Shown: positions 1-9,550, numbered from the stretch's first letter. The stretch is 64,000 bases of DNA from Geopsychrobacteraceae bacterium (GCA_963676795.2 CAXXTB010000002.1:1568001-1632000); one strand, 5' to 3'. Numbers and translations: made by a program. Notes: a model not told the origin generated them from the letters alone.

Positions 1-201
1 ACTTCCGTTGCGGGTATTGCCGGATTTATTAGTAGTCGGAGCGTTTTTTTCATAGCCGAGGTGATCGGTCATCTCGGTCTGCATTGCCCGCTCCAAAAGT
101 TTTTTTGTCAGTTGTTTCAGCAGCCCGGTTTCCCCAATGAGATCTTCAGGGTTTTTGTAGTCTTTCATCAGGCTCTCAAGCAGGTCGTCAGGTATAGACA
201 T
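1..201 (-). CDS. IS256-family transposase (partial, N-terminus)
   Basis: Manual translation gives MSIPDDLLESLMKDYKNPEDLIGETGLLKQLTKKLLERAMQTEMTDHLGYEKNAPTTNKSGNTRNGS, with the typical IS256 motifs LLERA..EMTDHLGY..RNG. A GGAGG RBS is upstream. Not in the ORF track. Confidence 0.9.
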   Translation of the reverse strand, partial: MSIPDDLLESLMKDYKNPEDLIGETGLLKQLTKKLLERAMQTEMTDHLGYEKNAPTTNKSGNTRNGS

Positions 202-270
202 CTGTGGTTCCTCCAGTGGTTACGGGTTGTAACCGACTGGGTCTATTTACACAAAGGATTTTACACCCTC
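1..270 (-). mobile_element. IS256-family insertion sequence, left end (continues beyond window start)
   Basis: The transposase N-terminus is read on the minus strand from 201. An IS256-type terminal repeat GAGGGTGTAAAATCCTTTGTGTAAATAG lies at ~243-270 (minus strand). Confidence 0.85.
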
Positions 271-314
271 GGAATGCCTTTTTGATAAAATTTGCATACA
301 GTTCATGTGGGTTA

Positions 315-1688
315 TCAATTAAGTCCATACTTTTTCATCAGTTCTGGAACCTTGGCTTCTGCGGTCTGAATTTCTGCTGAGGACATGCGGGATCTAACTC
401 TATCTAGATACTCTGATGTCATATCGCTATGTTTTGATTTAGCAGATTCTAACCGTTGTGTTATTAAATAGTGTGCGTATGCCAACATGTTGCTTTGAGT
501 CACAACATCGCCGTGCTCATAAAATTGACCAATATTAAAAATGCCAACCTCATCCCCCAAGGCCGCTGCCCGCGAAGCAAAATCATAACTTTTTTGATAA
601 TTTGCTGATATGCCAAGACCTTGCATATACAAAGTGCTTAAATTCGCAAGTGCTCCAGGATGGTCTTGCTGTGACGCTTTGTAAGTCCATTGATAGGCAG
701 CATCAAGGTTTTGTTCTACACCTGTCCCTTGGTAATAGAACAACCCAAGATAGAATTGCCCTGTAACATCACCATTTTCTGCACCTTTTTTTATCCAAAA
801 AAGTGCTTTGGACAAATCTTTCGAAACAACAGAGCCTTCAAAATACATCTGTCCGATATAGCTTTGTGCCTTCGGATAACCCTTGTCTGCAGCTTTTTGG
901 TACCACTCAAAAGCTTTTTGTTTATCAATGGGTACTCCATCGCCAAAATCGTACATATTTCCGATTTCAAAATCTCCCAGACCGATACCCGCTTCTGATA
1001 ATTTTTCAAATATTTCCAAGGCCTTTTTCTTGTCTTCAGGGACCCCGTTACCGTTCCTATAACACAACCCCAGTTGATGCATGGCGACAGGATTCCCCTG
1101 ATCGGAGGCTTTTCGATACCAGTCAACCGCTTTTTGACTGTCTTGGGGAACTCCAGTCCCGAAGGCATAATCGTTAGCTATATTCAGTTGCGCATCTACT
1201 TGTCCAAGTTCTGCTGCTCTCAGGGACAGTTCAGCTGATTTTTTTTCATTTACTTCAACACCATGAAGCCCAAGTGAATAATATCCTGCCAGTTCAGCGA
1301 GGGCATCAGGGTCGTTTAGCTTGGCAGCCTGGTTAAGAAGCTTAAATGCCTCGTGGGGATTATCTGCAGGTGGTTCGGCAGGAGATGTCATCCGTCTTCC
1401 GAGCTCATAAAGAGCTGCTGGATCGTTCTGTGCTGCACGTTTTTCAATCTCTTCCAATACAACATGATATAGCGGTGGCTTAGAGTCGGCCAATATCAGC
1501 TGCTTCCCATTGACTACTTCGTACTTAAGTTGAAGAATCTTTTGCTCTTTTGAGGAATATTTTTTGTCATAATTGGATTTATGATCTTCGCTTTTGTGCT
1601 GTGTAGACTCTGGCTTGCAGGCCGTTGAAAGCAGAATAATTATGATTGCAAGACAAGCAAGAGCAGTATTTTTTGACAATATCTTCAT
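315..1688 (-). CDS. Sel1-like (SLR) repeat lipoprotein, putative T6SS immunity protein
   Basis: Lipobox LSTA-C and ~8-9 Sel1 repeats (A..LG..Y..G.GV..D..KA..WY.KAA.QG). Directly downstream of the effector, with lower GC than the T6SS core. Confidence 0.85.
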   Translation of the reverse strand: MKILSKNTALACLAIIIILLSTACKPESTQHKSEDHKSNYDKKYSSKEQKILQLKYEVVNGKQLILADSKPPLYHVVLEEIEKRAAQNDPAALYELGRRMTSPAEPPADNPHEAFKLLNQAAKLNDPDALAELAGYYSLGLHGVEVNEKKSAELSLRAAELGQVDAQLNIANDYAFGTGVPQDSQKAVDWYRKASDQGNPVAMHQLGLCYRNGNGVPEDKKKALEIFEKLSEAGIGLGDFEIGNMYDFGDGVPIDKQKAFEWYQKAADKGYPKAQSYIGQMYFEGSVVSKDLSKALFWIKKGAENGDVTGQFYLGLFYYQGTGVEQNLDAAYQWTYKASQQDHPGALANLSTLYMQGLGISANYQKSYDFASRAAALGDEVGIFNIGQFYEHGDVVTQSNMLAYAHYLITQRLESAKSKHSDMTSEYLDRVRSRMSSAEIQTAEAKVPELMKKYGLN

Positions 1689-1709
1689 AAACTTCAGATC
1701 CCGTTGTTT

Positions 1710-4700
1710 TTATAAATCACTGTAAGACGATGCATCATAAATAATTCTACGATTCCCGTCATGTCGTTTGTTACGAGGCTGATCGTAGAGATCGCGGTGA
1801 AACAGCCAGAGAGCAGTGACGGTACCTTTATCGTCAGTATCTGCCTTGGTATCATCACCAAATGCCGGTTCATAGGGAATGACGAGACTCTTGTCCCCAT
1901 TAATGTCGCAACAGACCATAACTGTAAGTTTGGTTTCGTGGTGATTCTGTAGATCCAAGCTGAAACTGTTCTGGTCTCGTGTCCATTCACTTAAGGGGCG
2001 TCGTGTCCCGGTTGCCAAAGTGGGGTCGATCATTTCATAAGTGATGGTCTCATTAACTGGTTTATGTGCAAGTCCTTTGTGTAACTGGTTATAGCTGTCT
2101 CGGATATATTCGGTGTAACCTGATTCGCAGCGCTCAATCTGGATGGTCGGCTTGCTGGCGGGCAAAAGCAGTGGAAAATCAACCCGAATTTGCAGCAGGC
2201 TGATCTGATTCAGCAAGGTTTCCTTGACGCTGATTGTGGGACGATAGACGGCATCCATCAATGCTTTTTCGGCTTCGATAGGGGTTTCGCACCAGATGGC
2301 ATAGCGCAGTGCGGACCCAGTTATGATTTCCGTTCCGTTCTTTTCCTGGCCTGAAGACATATCGCGGATTTTAGCCGTCATTTTATCTGGCTGGGTTCCA
2401 TGTTTATGTCCTAGGAACGATAGTTCTTTGCCGAAAGGACCGTTCTTGGCCCAAAGCTCTAGATTGGTACTTTCTGGAAAGACATAATAGCGGATAGCAG
2501 CAACAAGAACACCGAAAGCGATGGCAATGACGGCGGTGCCTCCAGAGCCGATGATCAGCCCCGTGGCCCAGGCGATTGTACCTGCGGTGGCCGATGCAAC
2601 TGCCGGAGTCATCAGCATGGCTCCCATTTTGAGTACATCACCTAGGGCCGCATCGTCACCTTGCTCAATATTATCGATCAGGCTTTTGAAGCTTAGACCA
2701 TATTCGACGGTGTTGCCGATATACCCGACAATCTTTCCATATTGAAACTTATGTAGTCTTGAAAATTGCCTAACAGCATTTGCTTGAACTTTTGAACCAT
2801 AAGCTGACAACTGATGAGCCGCATCCCGGGCGTCTTTCGCAGCTTCAAACAATCCACATAGAGCGCCAAGCAATTCGGCGTAGGTGGTCCAGTCTTTGGT
2901 CTTGCTTGGACTGTTGGAAATCGATTGTAGACCGTTAACGCCGTTGATGATTTCGACGATAGCCAACAGTCCGCCGATGGCATGAATGGCGGTGTGGTTG
3001 CGACCGACACGTTTGAGAAGTTGGTCATGTCCGGCGGCATCTTCGCAGCGATAGGTCGTGCTCCCTTTTGCGGTCTCGTTCTTAGCCTGCAGCACTTTGC
3101 GGATCGATTTAACCAGGGCGATTGGTACTTTTTTAACCAAGGGGCTGGTGCTGTCTTTTCCTTCGAGATAATAAGTGAGAAGCTCTTCTGAACTTGTTTT
3201 GACCGGCTGAAAATCGAGTCCGGCTACGCTTCCGGCCAAACCGACCAGCTGAGCCTTGACCCGTTCGATCTGATCTTCGAATGCTTTGTCATACTGATCG
3301 CGTAAAGCGATGACCTCTTCAAAGGGCTTGAAGAAGTGGCTGACAATGGTCGCACTGTCGACGAGATGCCGTCCTGTCTGACTGGAAAACTTTTGAGCAT
3401 TGTACTGATACAGGTCTGTTGCAGCTCCTTTATTTATCGGAAACAGACGGCTATGTAGCGGCAGTGGAGTCTGTACGTCGGCCAGTTTGATCAGTAATGC
3501 AATGCCGGCATCCTTGCGTCGCAGGGTCCAGCTGTCGAAATCACCGATAAAATCCAGGTCGAAATCGTATTGGTGTTTGTCCAGCAGCTGAATCAGGTCG
3601 GATACGGCCTTCCAGCCATCTGCATAGGCGCTGGGCCATTGAACATCCGCTTCGGGTTCATTGGGTTTCGGAGCGGCATAAAGATCCCAGTTACGTAAGG
3701 CTGTCAGGCTGAAATGGTCATCCAGCGCCTGCAGCAGGGGTGTTTCACCGGTTGCCAGCAACTCCTTGTCGAGAAAATCGACCAACGCCTGCTTACAGGA
3801 AATCAGATCGGGGCGCAGTTTTTCACGCGCTTGTTTTCCGAGAGCCTCTTCAAGCAGGCTCATATCGACGTTGTCTTTCAGTTTTACAATGGCCTTGAGG
3901 TGGCCATCATGCTTTTTCTGTTCAGCTTTTTCCTGTTTCTCCAATGTGTCAAGTTGTTCTTGTTTGGAGTCGATCTTTTTACGCAGCTGTTGTTGTGCCT
4001 TGACTTTATCTCGCCATGTGTCATCAAGCTCTGCCGGGTCGAGGTAGTGGTATAAGGGTGCCTGGTTAGTTTGAGTGAGTTGTCGGCGTTTTTTCTGTTC
4101 GGCTTCGATTTCCTGACGGAGTTTTGCTTCGTCTTGCTGAAGCTCTTGCAGGCTACGAGGTCGGGAAGTTCGTACTGTGAGAATGTTGTTGAGCAGTTTT
4201 GCAGAATTGAGCCAGCGCGCGGGCAAATATTTGCCATCCTTCATGGCTGCCGTGCCGTTCTGACTTTCAAGTTCTTTCACCTTGTCGATCATCAATCCGC
4301 ACTGAGCCTGATAGCGTTTAGCCAAATTACGGGCAATACCGACCGGGTCGTCCAGGTAGACCACGGGGATATCTTCGATGAGGCTGACCTTTCTTCCCCC
4401 GGCGGCATGGGTGAACTTGTCAGCTTCGCGCATGGCGACCGAGTGATCATCATTGGCTTGTCTGAGATTGTAGATTATCGCCGGACCTGAAGCATCGTTG
4501 ATTGTTGCAACCTGTTTTGAGGACTTGCTATGAGTCGATTCCGTTGGAGCAGGTACGCAATTCTTGAACTTGTTCAGACAATCACTCAAATCCAGCTTGT
4601 GCATCCGCTTATCACGCTGATCGGCGTTCTTCTTCATCTGCCGGATGCGTTCCTGACTCCACTGAACTTCGGAAAAAGCAATCCAGATCTCATGCGCGGT

Positions 4701-5234
4701 GTTGGCGATCTGGTAAGGGATAACGATGCGAAAGCCGGGCTGAACTGTGGCCGGTCGGTGTTCTGCTTTTTTCAGTTTGACCTTTTTATCGGCACTGAGC
4801 CTGTTCAGATTGACATCGCTGAAGGTGCCGTTGCCGTTTGATTTGAGCTCACGCCAGAGTTCACAGATCATACCGCTGTCTTTGGCCGGGCGGCGACGAA
4901 TAATGTAGAGCCAGCCTTGACGCGGATAGTCGGCCTTGGCCGGGTCGCGGTCGGGCGTGGTGTAGCAGCGCGGGATGACCGGCACGACAAAGTTGTCGAT
5001 CTTGCCCTGAAGTTCGTCACGTTTGCAGGTTTGGGGAAATCCCAGCAGAGGGCTGTAGGTTCCGCCTGCCGTACCCTGCAACGTCAGGTAGAGTGTCTTG
5101 CGCCCCCCGGATCTGGTCATCAGATGGATTTCGCGGGTTCCTTTGTTGTCTGAGGCTCCTTTGTGAAACGGATCGGCAATCGGCTTGATCGCTTCAAAAA
5201 CGAGATCAGGAGTCTCTTGCGTTGTGCTGCTCAT
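1710..5234 (-). CDS. T6SS effector with MIX motif, VasX-like, predicted membrane-inserting C-terminal region
   Basis: MIX signatures PRQGWLYII and IWIAFSEVQWS, plus YLDDPVGIA. C-terminal Gly/Ala-rich hydrophobic helices are followed by LELWAKNGPFG. The start overlaps the PAAR-like gene stop. Confidence 0.75.
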   Translation of the reverse strand: MSSTTQETPDLVFEAIKPIADPFHKGASDNKGTREIHLMTRSGGRKTLYLTLQGTAGGTYSPLLGFPQTCKRDELQGKIDNFVVPVIPRCYTTPDRDPAKADYPRQGWLYIIRRRPAKDSGMICELWRELKSNGNGTFSDVNLNRLSADKKVKLKKAEHRPATVQPGFRIVIPYQIANTAHEIWIAFSEVQWSQERIRQMKKNADQRDKRMHKLDLSDCLNKFKNCVPAPTESTHSKSSKQVATINDASGPAIIYNLRQANDDHSVAMREADKFTHAAGGRKVSLIEDIPVVYLDDPVGIARNLAKRYQAQCGLMIDKVKELESQNGTAAMKDGKYLPARWLNSAKLLNNILTVRTSRPRSLQELQQDEAKLRQEIEAEQKKRRQLTQTNQAPLYHYLDPAELDDTWRDKVKAQQQLRKKIDSKQEQLDTLEKQEKAEQKKHDGHLKAIVKLKDNVDMSLLEEALGKQAREKLRPDLISCKQALVDFLDKELLATGETPLLQALDDHFSLTALRNWDLYAAPKPNEPEADVQWPSAYADGWKAVSDLIQLLDKHQYDFDLDFIGDFDSWTLRRKDAGIALLIKLADVQTPLPLHSRLFPINKGAATDLYQYNAQKFSSQTGRHLVDSATIVSHFFKPFEEVIALRDQYDKAFEDQIERVKAQLVGLAGSVAGLDFQPVKTSSEELLTYYLEGKDSTSPLVKKVPIALVKSIRKVLQAKNETAKGSTTYRCEDAAGHDQLLKRVGRNHTAIHAIGGLLAIVEIINGVNGLQSISNSPSKTKDWTTYAELLGALCGLFEAAKDARDAAHQLSAYGSKVQANAVRQFSRLHKFQYGKIVGYIGNTVEYGLSFKSLIDNIEQGDDAALGDVLKMGAMLMTPAVASATAGTIAWATGLIIGSGGTAVIAIAFGVLVAAIRYYVFPESTNLELWAKNGPFGKELSFLGHKHGTQPDKMTAKIRDMSSGQEKNGTEIITGSALRYAIWCETPIEAEKALMDAVYRPTISVKETLLNQISLLQIRVDFPLLLPASKPTIQIERCESGYTEYIRDSYNQLHKGLAHKPVNETITYEMIDPTLATGTRRPLSEWTRDQNSFSLDLQNHHETKLTVMVCCDINGDKSLVIPYEPAFGDDTKADTDDKGTVTALWLFHRDLYDQPRNKRHDGNRRIIYDASSYSDL

Positions 5235-5809
5235 GCCTCCTCCAGATCGTCGTCATCTTCACAGAAATCGTCTTCCATACCGGCACTATTGATGTCCTGC
5301 TGGACGCTGAGCGCATCGCCGCTGGCCTGCAGCGGGAGAGCATCGGTCAATTCCGATTCTTCCAGCTTATCCACCTCAGTCAACTGCGTCTGCTTCGGCC
5401 TGGGCGCGCCCGGTTGCGAGAGCGGCATCGGTGCTGTATTGCAGTTGTTGCTGACCATCAGATCACCAGCCCGGACGGCGCGTTTACCTTCGATGAAAAC
5501 GTTACTTGAGGCGGTGATGAATTCGGCTTTTCCCTTGATAGTGCCGCTTTTAACGCCCATCCGGTTGCCCGGCTCATCACCGGTACTAGTGGCGAAGATC
5601 GAATCGATATGGCAAACCGGATGGCCATTGATAAAAACGGTACTGGCGGTGTTGGCGGCATCTTCGCTACGGGCCACGTTGGTATAGGGAATCGGCACTG
5701 TTGATTTGCCGATCTTGGTGTTGCAGACATCAACCGTGGTAAGAACCCCGCCGCTACCTTTATGAACGGCCGTGCGACCGTTGATCAGAGCGTTTTCTTT
5801 TTTAGCCAT
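5231..5809 (-). CDS. DUF4150 (PIPY) PAAR-like spike-tip protein with acidic tail
   Basis: DVCNT..VPIPYTN, STGDEPG..GVKSGT and V.IEGK.AVR.GD..N motifs. Confidence 0.85.
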   Translation of the reverse strand: MAKKENALINGRTAVHKGSGGVLTTVDVCNTKIGKSTVPIPYTNVARSEDAANTASTVFINGHPVCHIDSIFATSTGDEPGNRMGVKSGTIKGKAEFITASSNVFIEGKRAVRAGDLMVSNNCNTAPMPLSQPGAPRPKQTQLTEVDKLEESELTDALPLQASGDALSVQQDINSAGMEDDFCEDDDDLEEA

Positions 5810-6885
5810 CAGGCGGCTCCTTTTGTCATTTGATTTTCACTGTATTTTTGCAGACAGAGTGCGCCGCGCTGGGCCTCTTGGCCTATCTCACAGACGACCG
5901 CCAAGGCTATGGGGTCAAACTTGTATTGAAAGCGTGCGAGGGCAAGGACCAGGGCCATCGGCAGAGATGCTGAGCCGCAGTGACCGATGCTGAGATGTGG
6001 GTTCAGTTCATGCGTATGTTCAGGTAGGCGACCGTTCTCTTTCCAAAGTTCACGTTGGCACTGATGCCATTCCAGGGTGCCGCTCTTATCAGGCACATAG
6101 CCGGTGATAATGCTGCCGAGCTGGTTGATGTCCGCGCCGCTCTGGTCGAGACTGGAACGGATTGAGCGAGCGAGCGCTCCGGTTGCTTTTGTTGCGGCTT
6201 TACCGACGTTTTCTTCCGTCTCAAAAGCCATGCCGGTTAAGTAGACCTGGCCGGTTTGTTGGGACTCCAGCGCTTTAAAAACGACAAAGGCGGCACCTTC
6301 ACCGGGGAGCATGCGGTCGGGATTTTTATCGCTGCAGCAACGTTGATCCTGAACGAGACCCATCAGCACATAGCGATCGATATGACTGTCGGCAGAGCCG
6401 AAGATGACCTTGTCGTAGACACCTTGTGACAATTTTTCCAGAGTGCTGCTGAGCAGTGGAATAACGCCGTTTTCGGCATTTTCAATCAGGATGGTTGCCG
6501 TTTGGAATTCAGAACGGATCTCGCGCAATGTTTCCTGAATCAGCTCCGCAGTGATCTGGGTCTGAACCTCAGGAAGGCAGATCAGGATCAGGGTTTTTTC
6601 GCTGATTTGAAGCTGAGGAAGTTCTTGCAGCGCATTCTGCAGTAACAGCAGGGTGCGCAGATCGCTGGTGAAATTTTCCGAATAGCTTTCATAGGGCGCC
6701 CAGAACGGCTGCTCCATCTGGTTATCAAAGGTTCTGAGTTTCAGGTTGGGAACCGCGGTGCGGCAGCTCAGGTTGGTGGCGACGCCGCCGAACAGTGCTG
6801 CGGGGAGTTCTCCGTAGGCGCAGCTGATGGAACTTGCGGTGATTGCGATGCGTTTTTTCTGCAGAGTTTGGTTGTTCTGGTTCAT
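5809..6885 (-). CDS. Thiolase/ketoacyl-synthase-fold T6SS accessory protein (PRK06147-like)
   Basis: FGSADS, PGEGAAF and SIGHCGSAS motifs, located between DUF2169 and DUF4150. ATG 6885 overlaps the upstream stop. Confidence 0.75.
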   Translation of the reverse strand: MNQNNQTLQKKRIAITASSISCAYGELPAALFGGVATNLSCRTAVPNLKLRTFDNQMEQPFWAPYESYSENFTSDLRTLLLLQNALQELPQLQISEKTLILICLPEVQTQITAELIQETLREIRSEFQTATILIENAENGVIPLLSSTLEKLSQGVYDKVIFGSADSHIDRYVLMGLVQDQRCCSDKNPDRMLPGEGAAFVVFKALESQQTGQVYLTGMAFETEENVGKAATKATGALARSIRSSLDQSGADINQLGSIITGYVPDKSGTLEWHQCQRELWKENGRLPEHTHELNPHLSIGHCGSASLPMALVLALARFQYKFDPIALAVVCEIGQEAQRGALCLQKYSENQMTKGAA

Positions 6886-7928
6886 ACGCGCTCCTGTTCG
6901 ACCTGGCGGTCTCTTTGCATTTGAGGTTCGGTTAAGGTGATCCAACCCTGTGGGTCCGGATTGCTTTCATCAAGCACAATGGCTGCGCGCTGAATAAAAG
7001 CGATGGTCTGTTGATGGCAGTCGATAACCATTGTGTCACACTTGGCCTGGAGCTGATGTACTGGGCCGATCCCCTCGACACGAATGTTTGGGATCTCTCT
7101 GACAATTTCAAGCTGAAGCACATTGGCACCCCGGATCAGTCCGCTCAGCTTCAGGGTCAGTTCTGATGCAAATGGCATTTTGAAGCGCTGGTCGAGAGGC
7201 GCAACATTGAACAGCTCTTCAGGCGGCGTTGACGCGAAAGGGTAGAGTCCCTGGCTGACCGCCTGCTCGTCGATGCTGTACTTGAGTTGACTACGTAGTT
7301 CCCAGTGCGGAGCCAGCGGTCCAAACCCCGCGGGCTGGACACGGTCGCCCGGAGCGCAGATCTGCGGATTGCAGTATTCGATCTGCGGTAAGGTCAGCCC
7401 CGAGGTGCGCAAACCACGCAGGCTGTAGCCGCAACCGGCAGGGTTGGCGGCACAATATGCATCCTTATTATGCGGATCGAAACCCCCATAGGCTTTTTCG
7501 TAGCCGAGTTCGAGCTCGCTATCCAGGGCCTGCGGTTTGGCGGGGATGGCGGTCAGCAGTTTCTTTTGCCAGTGCCGGATACCGAAGATCTGCAGCTCCT
7601 TGTGCCAGTGCTGTTGCTCCTGCTGCAGGCTGACAGCGATGCCCCGGCTGCCAAAGCGCTCGGCTGTCGGCTGGGCGCTGCCATACAGATAGAGCTCAGC
7701 CCCCTGTTTATACGGCATGATTTCTCCCGCGGCGCATAAGCTTGAATTTTCAGGATCATCACGATATTCGTCGGCGTCGATAATCGGCAGTGTCGTCGGC
7801 CTCAGTTTCCCTTTCTCATCGAACTTGAACCCGCTCTTGACCACCAGCGTCTGTTGCCGCTGGCCGGTGCGGCTCCAGCCAGGAAAAAGTTCAGCTGAGA
7901 CTCCGGTCTTATTGTCAAGCTGGATCAT
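6882..7928 (-). CDS. DUF2169 T6SS accessory/chaperone
   Basis: PYKQGAELYLYGSA, L.YEKAYGG, NPAGCG, PAGFGP....W..R, FNVAPLDQ and CDTMVID motifs. Confidence 0.9.
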   Translation of the reverse strand: MIQLDNKTGVSAELFPGWSRTGQRQQTLVVKSGFKFDEKGKLRPTTLPIIDADEYRDDPENSSLCAAGEIMPYKQGAELYLYGSAQPTAERFGSRGIAVSLQQEQQHWHKELQIFGIRHWQKKLLTAIPAKPQALDSELELGYEKAYGGFDPHNKDAYCAANPAGCGYSLRGLRTSGLTLPQIEYCNPQICAPGDRVQPAGFGPLAPHWELRSQLKYSIDEQAVSQGLYPFASTPPEELFNVAPLDQRFKMPFASELTLKLSGLIRGANVLQLEIVREIPNIRVEGIGPVHQLQAKCDTMVIDCHQQTIAFIQRAAIVLDESNPDPQGWITLTEPQMQRDRQVEQERV

Positions 7929-9109
7929 GCTGATCCTCCGTTTACGACCAGCATGACACGTTTGGTTCGCAACAAACTTTGCGCGCTGAGATTCACCGGT
8001 CGCTTCTGCAACCAGGACAGCAGCGGAATCAAGCTGGTGCTGAATTGACCTGTCCAGTTGATAATCGCTGATTCAACCAGCTTGGCCGTCATGACCTGGC
8101 CGAAAATCAGCCGTTGTCCATCCTCCAGGGTCGGGCGTATGGCATACCACCAGTGTCGTGAGGATCCGCTCTGTTCTGCAGACTCTGGCTGGACCAGACG
8201 CAGATGCGGATCAATTTTCAGATGCTTGCCGCTGAGCCATTGCCAGGCGGCTTCGAGTTGCACTTCGTGTTCCTCGCGGTGGGGCAGTTGCAGCAATTTG
8301 TCGATTGCCGCTTTGCTTCCGTGAATTGCCAACAACCTGGCAGCGACGTCCGGATGTTGCGCCGATTTCTGCGCGATCAGATCTTCGATACCGTAAACCC
8401 CGGCAATGGCACCAATCTCCAGTAGCTGGATCAATGTCTCCGGATCATCTTCGGTTTCAATGGCTCGCCAGAGCGGCTTGATAAAATCATCACTGCCGCG
8501 CAGCAGCATGCCACGAAACGCACAGACAAGCAGCTTGCCCGCAGGGCGATTGGATAACTGGCCGGAACCTAAGCCCTGATAGTATTTTTTGAACAGTTCT
8601 CCACTAAAGACATCCCAGCTGGTGGCGTAATCCAGCGCTGCAACCTGCAACTCAGTCTGTTGCCGTTGCAATTCAGCTGCGGAAATCAGCCCGGCTGGCA
8701 CCTTGTCGCGGCGCAGCCGCCAGAGATTGAAAAGGACAGCTCTCAATCCTTCGTCCTGCTGATATAGTCGTTGCAGATCATCGAAAGAACAGAGCTGCGG
8801 AGTGACACAGAGTGCGTCGATTGCTCCCTGGCGGGTCTCTTCTTTACCCAGATAGCAGCGTATGCACTCTGCACTGATTTCATTGCCCGCCAGGAAGTTG
8901 AGATTCAGATTCACAAAGCAGCCGCTGCGATCCTGATCCTTGGGACAGAGCTCTGGAGCAAAAGAGAGCACATGAAGATGGATCATCAGATGATCTTCAG
9001 TGTGCTCAAGAGCCTTGGCGGAAATCAGTGGTTGTTGCTGAAGTTGACAGCGCTGCTCATAGAGCAGACCCGCACGCTGGGCATGATGTTTGAGAGAACG
9101 TGTTGACAT
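7925..9109 (-). CDS. TIGR02270-like helical-repeat T6SS accessory protein
   Basis: N-terminal HAQRAGLLYEQR...EDHLMIHL pattern and position beside DUF2169. Divergent. Confidence 0.5.
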   Translation of the reverse strand: MSTRSLKHHAQRAGLLYEQRCQLQQQPLISAKALEHTEDHLMIHLHVLSFAPELCPKDQDRSGCFVNLNLNFLAGNEISAECIRCYLGKEETRQGAIDALCVTPQLCSFDDLQRLYQQDEGLRAVLFNLWRLRRDKVPAGLISAAELQRQQTELQVAALDYATSWDVFSGELFKKYYQGLGSGQLSNRPAGKLLVCAFRGMLLRGSDDFIKPLWRAIETEDDPETLIQLLEIGAIAGVYGIEDLIAQKSAQHPDVAARLLAIHGSKAAIDKLLQLPHREEHEVQLEAAWQWLSGKHLKIDPHLRLVQPESAEQSGSSRHWWYAIRPTLEDGQRLIFGQVMTAKLVESAIINWTGQFSTSLIPLLSWLQKRPVNLSAQSLLRTKRVMLVVNGGSA

Positions 9110-9540
9110 CAGTTAAGCTCGATGACCGATCCCTGCAGCCTTACGGGGCCACTGGCCTGATTGATGATCTGTTTGCCGTCGATAAAAATCTGACCATCGG
9201 CATTTATACGGACACTGCCATGTGCTGTTTTAAGACAGAGGTCACTTTCGCAGCTTATGGTGCAGACCCCTTCAATCAGTTCAAAGCGCGGCGCCGGGGC
9301 TTCGTCCGGGGCTGCGATTCTGCCGCTGACAACCAGTCCGGATGGAGTTTCGCAGACCAGTACCTGATCACCGAAGTTCACTCTGCTGACTTGATCGAGC
9401 TGTGCAACGACCGGAATCTCACAACCCTCCAGCAGGACGCTCCGGGCTCGTCCGTTCACGACGCTGCAGACGCAGGCAAGCTGCGTTACCGCTGTCGTCC
9501 GGGGTTGCTGATAGGTATAGAGTTTTGCTTTCATATGCAT
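9109..9540 (-). CDS. DUF6484-like T6SS spike-associated protein
   Basis: C-terminal GSVRINADGQIFIDG..I...ASGPVRLQGSVIELN, downstream of vgrG. Confidence 0.6.
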   Translation of the reverse strand: MHMKAKLYTYQQPRTTAVTQLACVCSVVNGRARSVLLEGCEIPVVAQLDQVSRVNFGDQVLVCETPSGLVVSGRIAAPDEAPAPRFELIEGVCTISCESDLCLKTAHGSVRINADGQIFIDGKQIINQASGPVRLQGSVIELN

Positions 9541-9550
9541 CTGTGTCCTT

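Noticed and set aside
61..285. 74-aa plus-strand ORF
   Set aside because: It is the antisense shadow of the IS256 transposase and terminal repeat.
5809..6885. Fatty-acid/polyketide synthase gene
   Set aside because: The catalytic Cys is apparently absent, there are no ACP or other FAS/PKS genes, and it sits in the known DUF2169-DUF4150 T6SS context.
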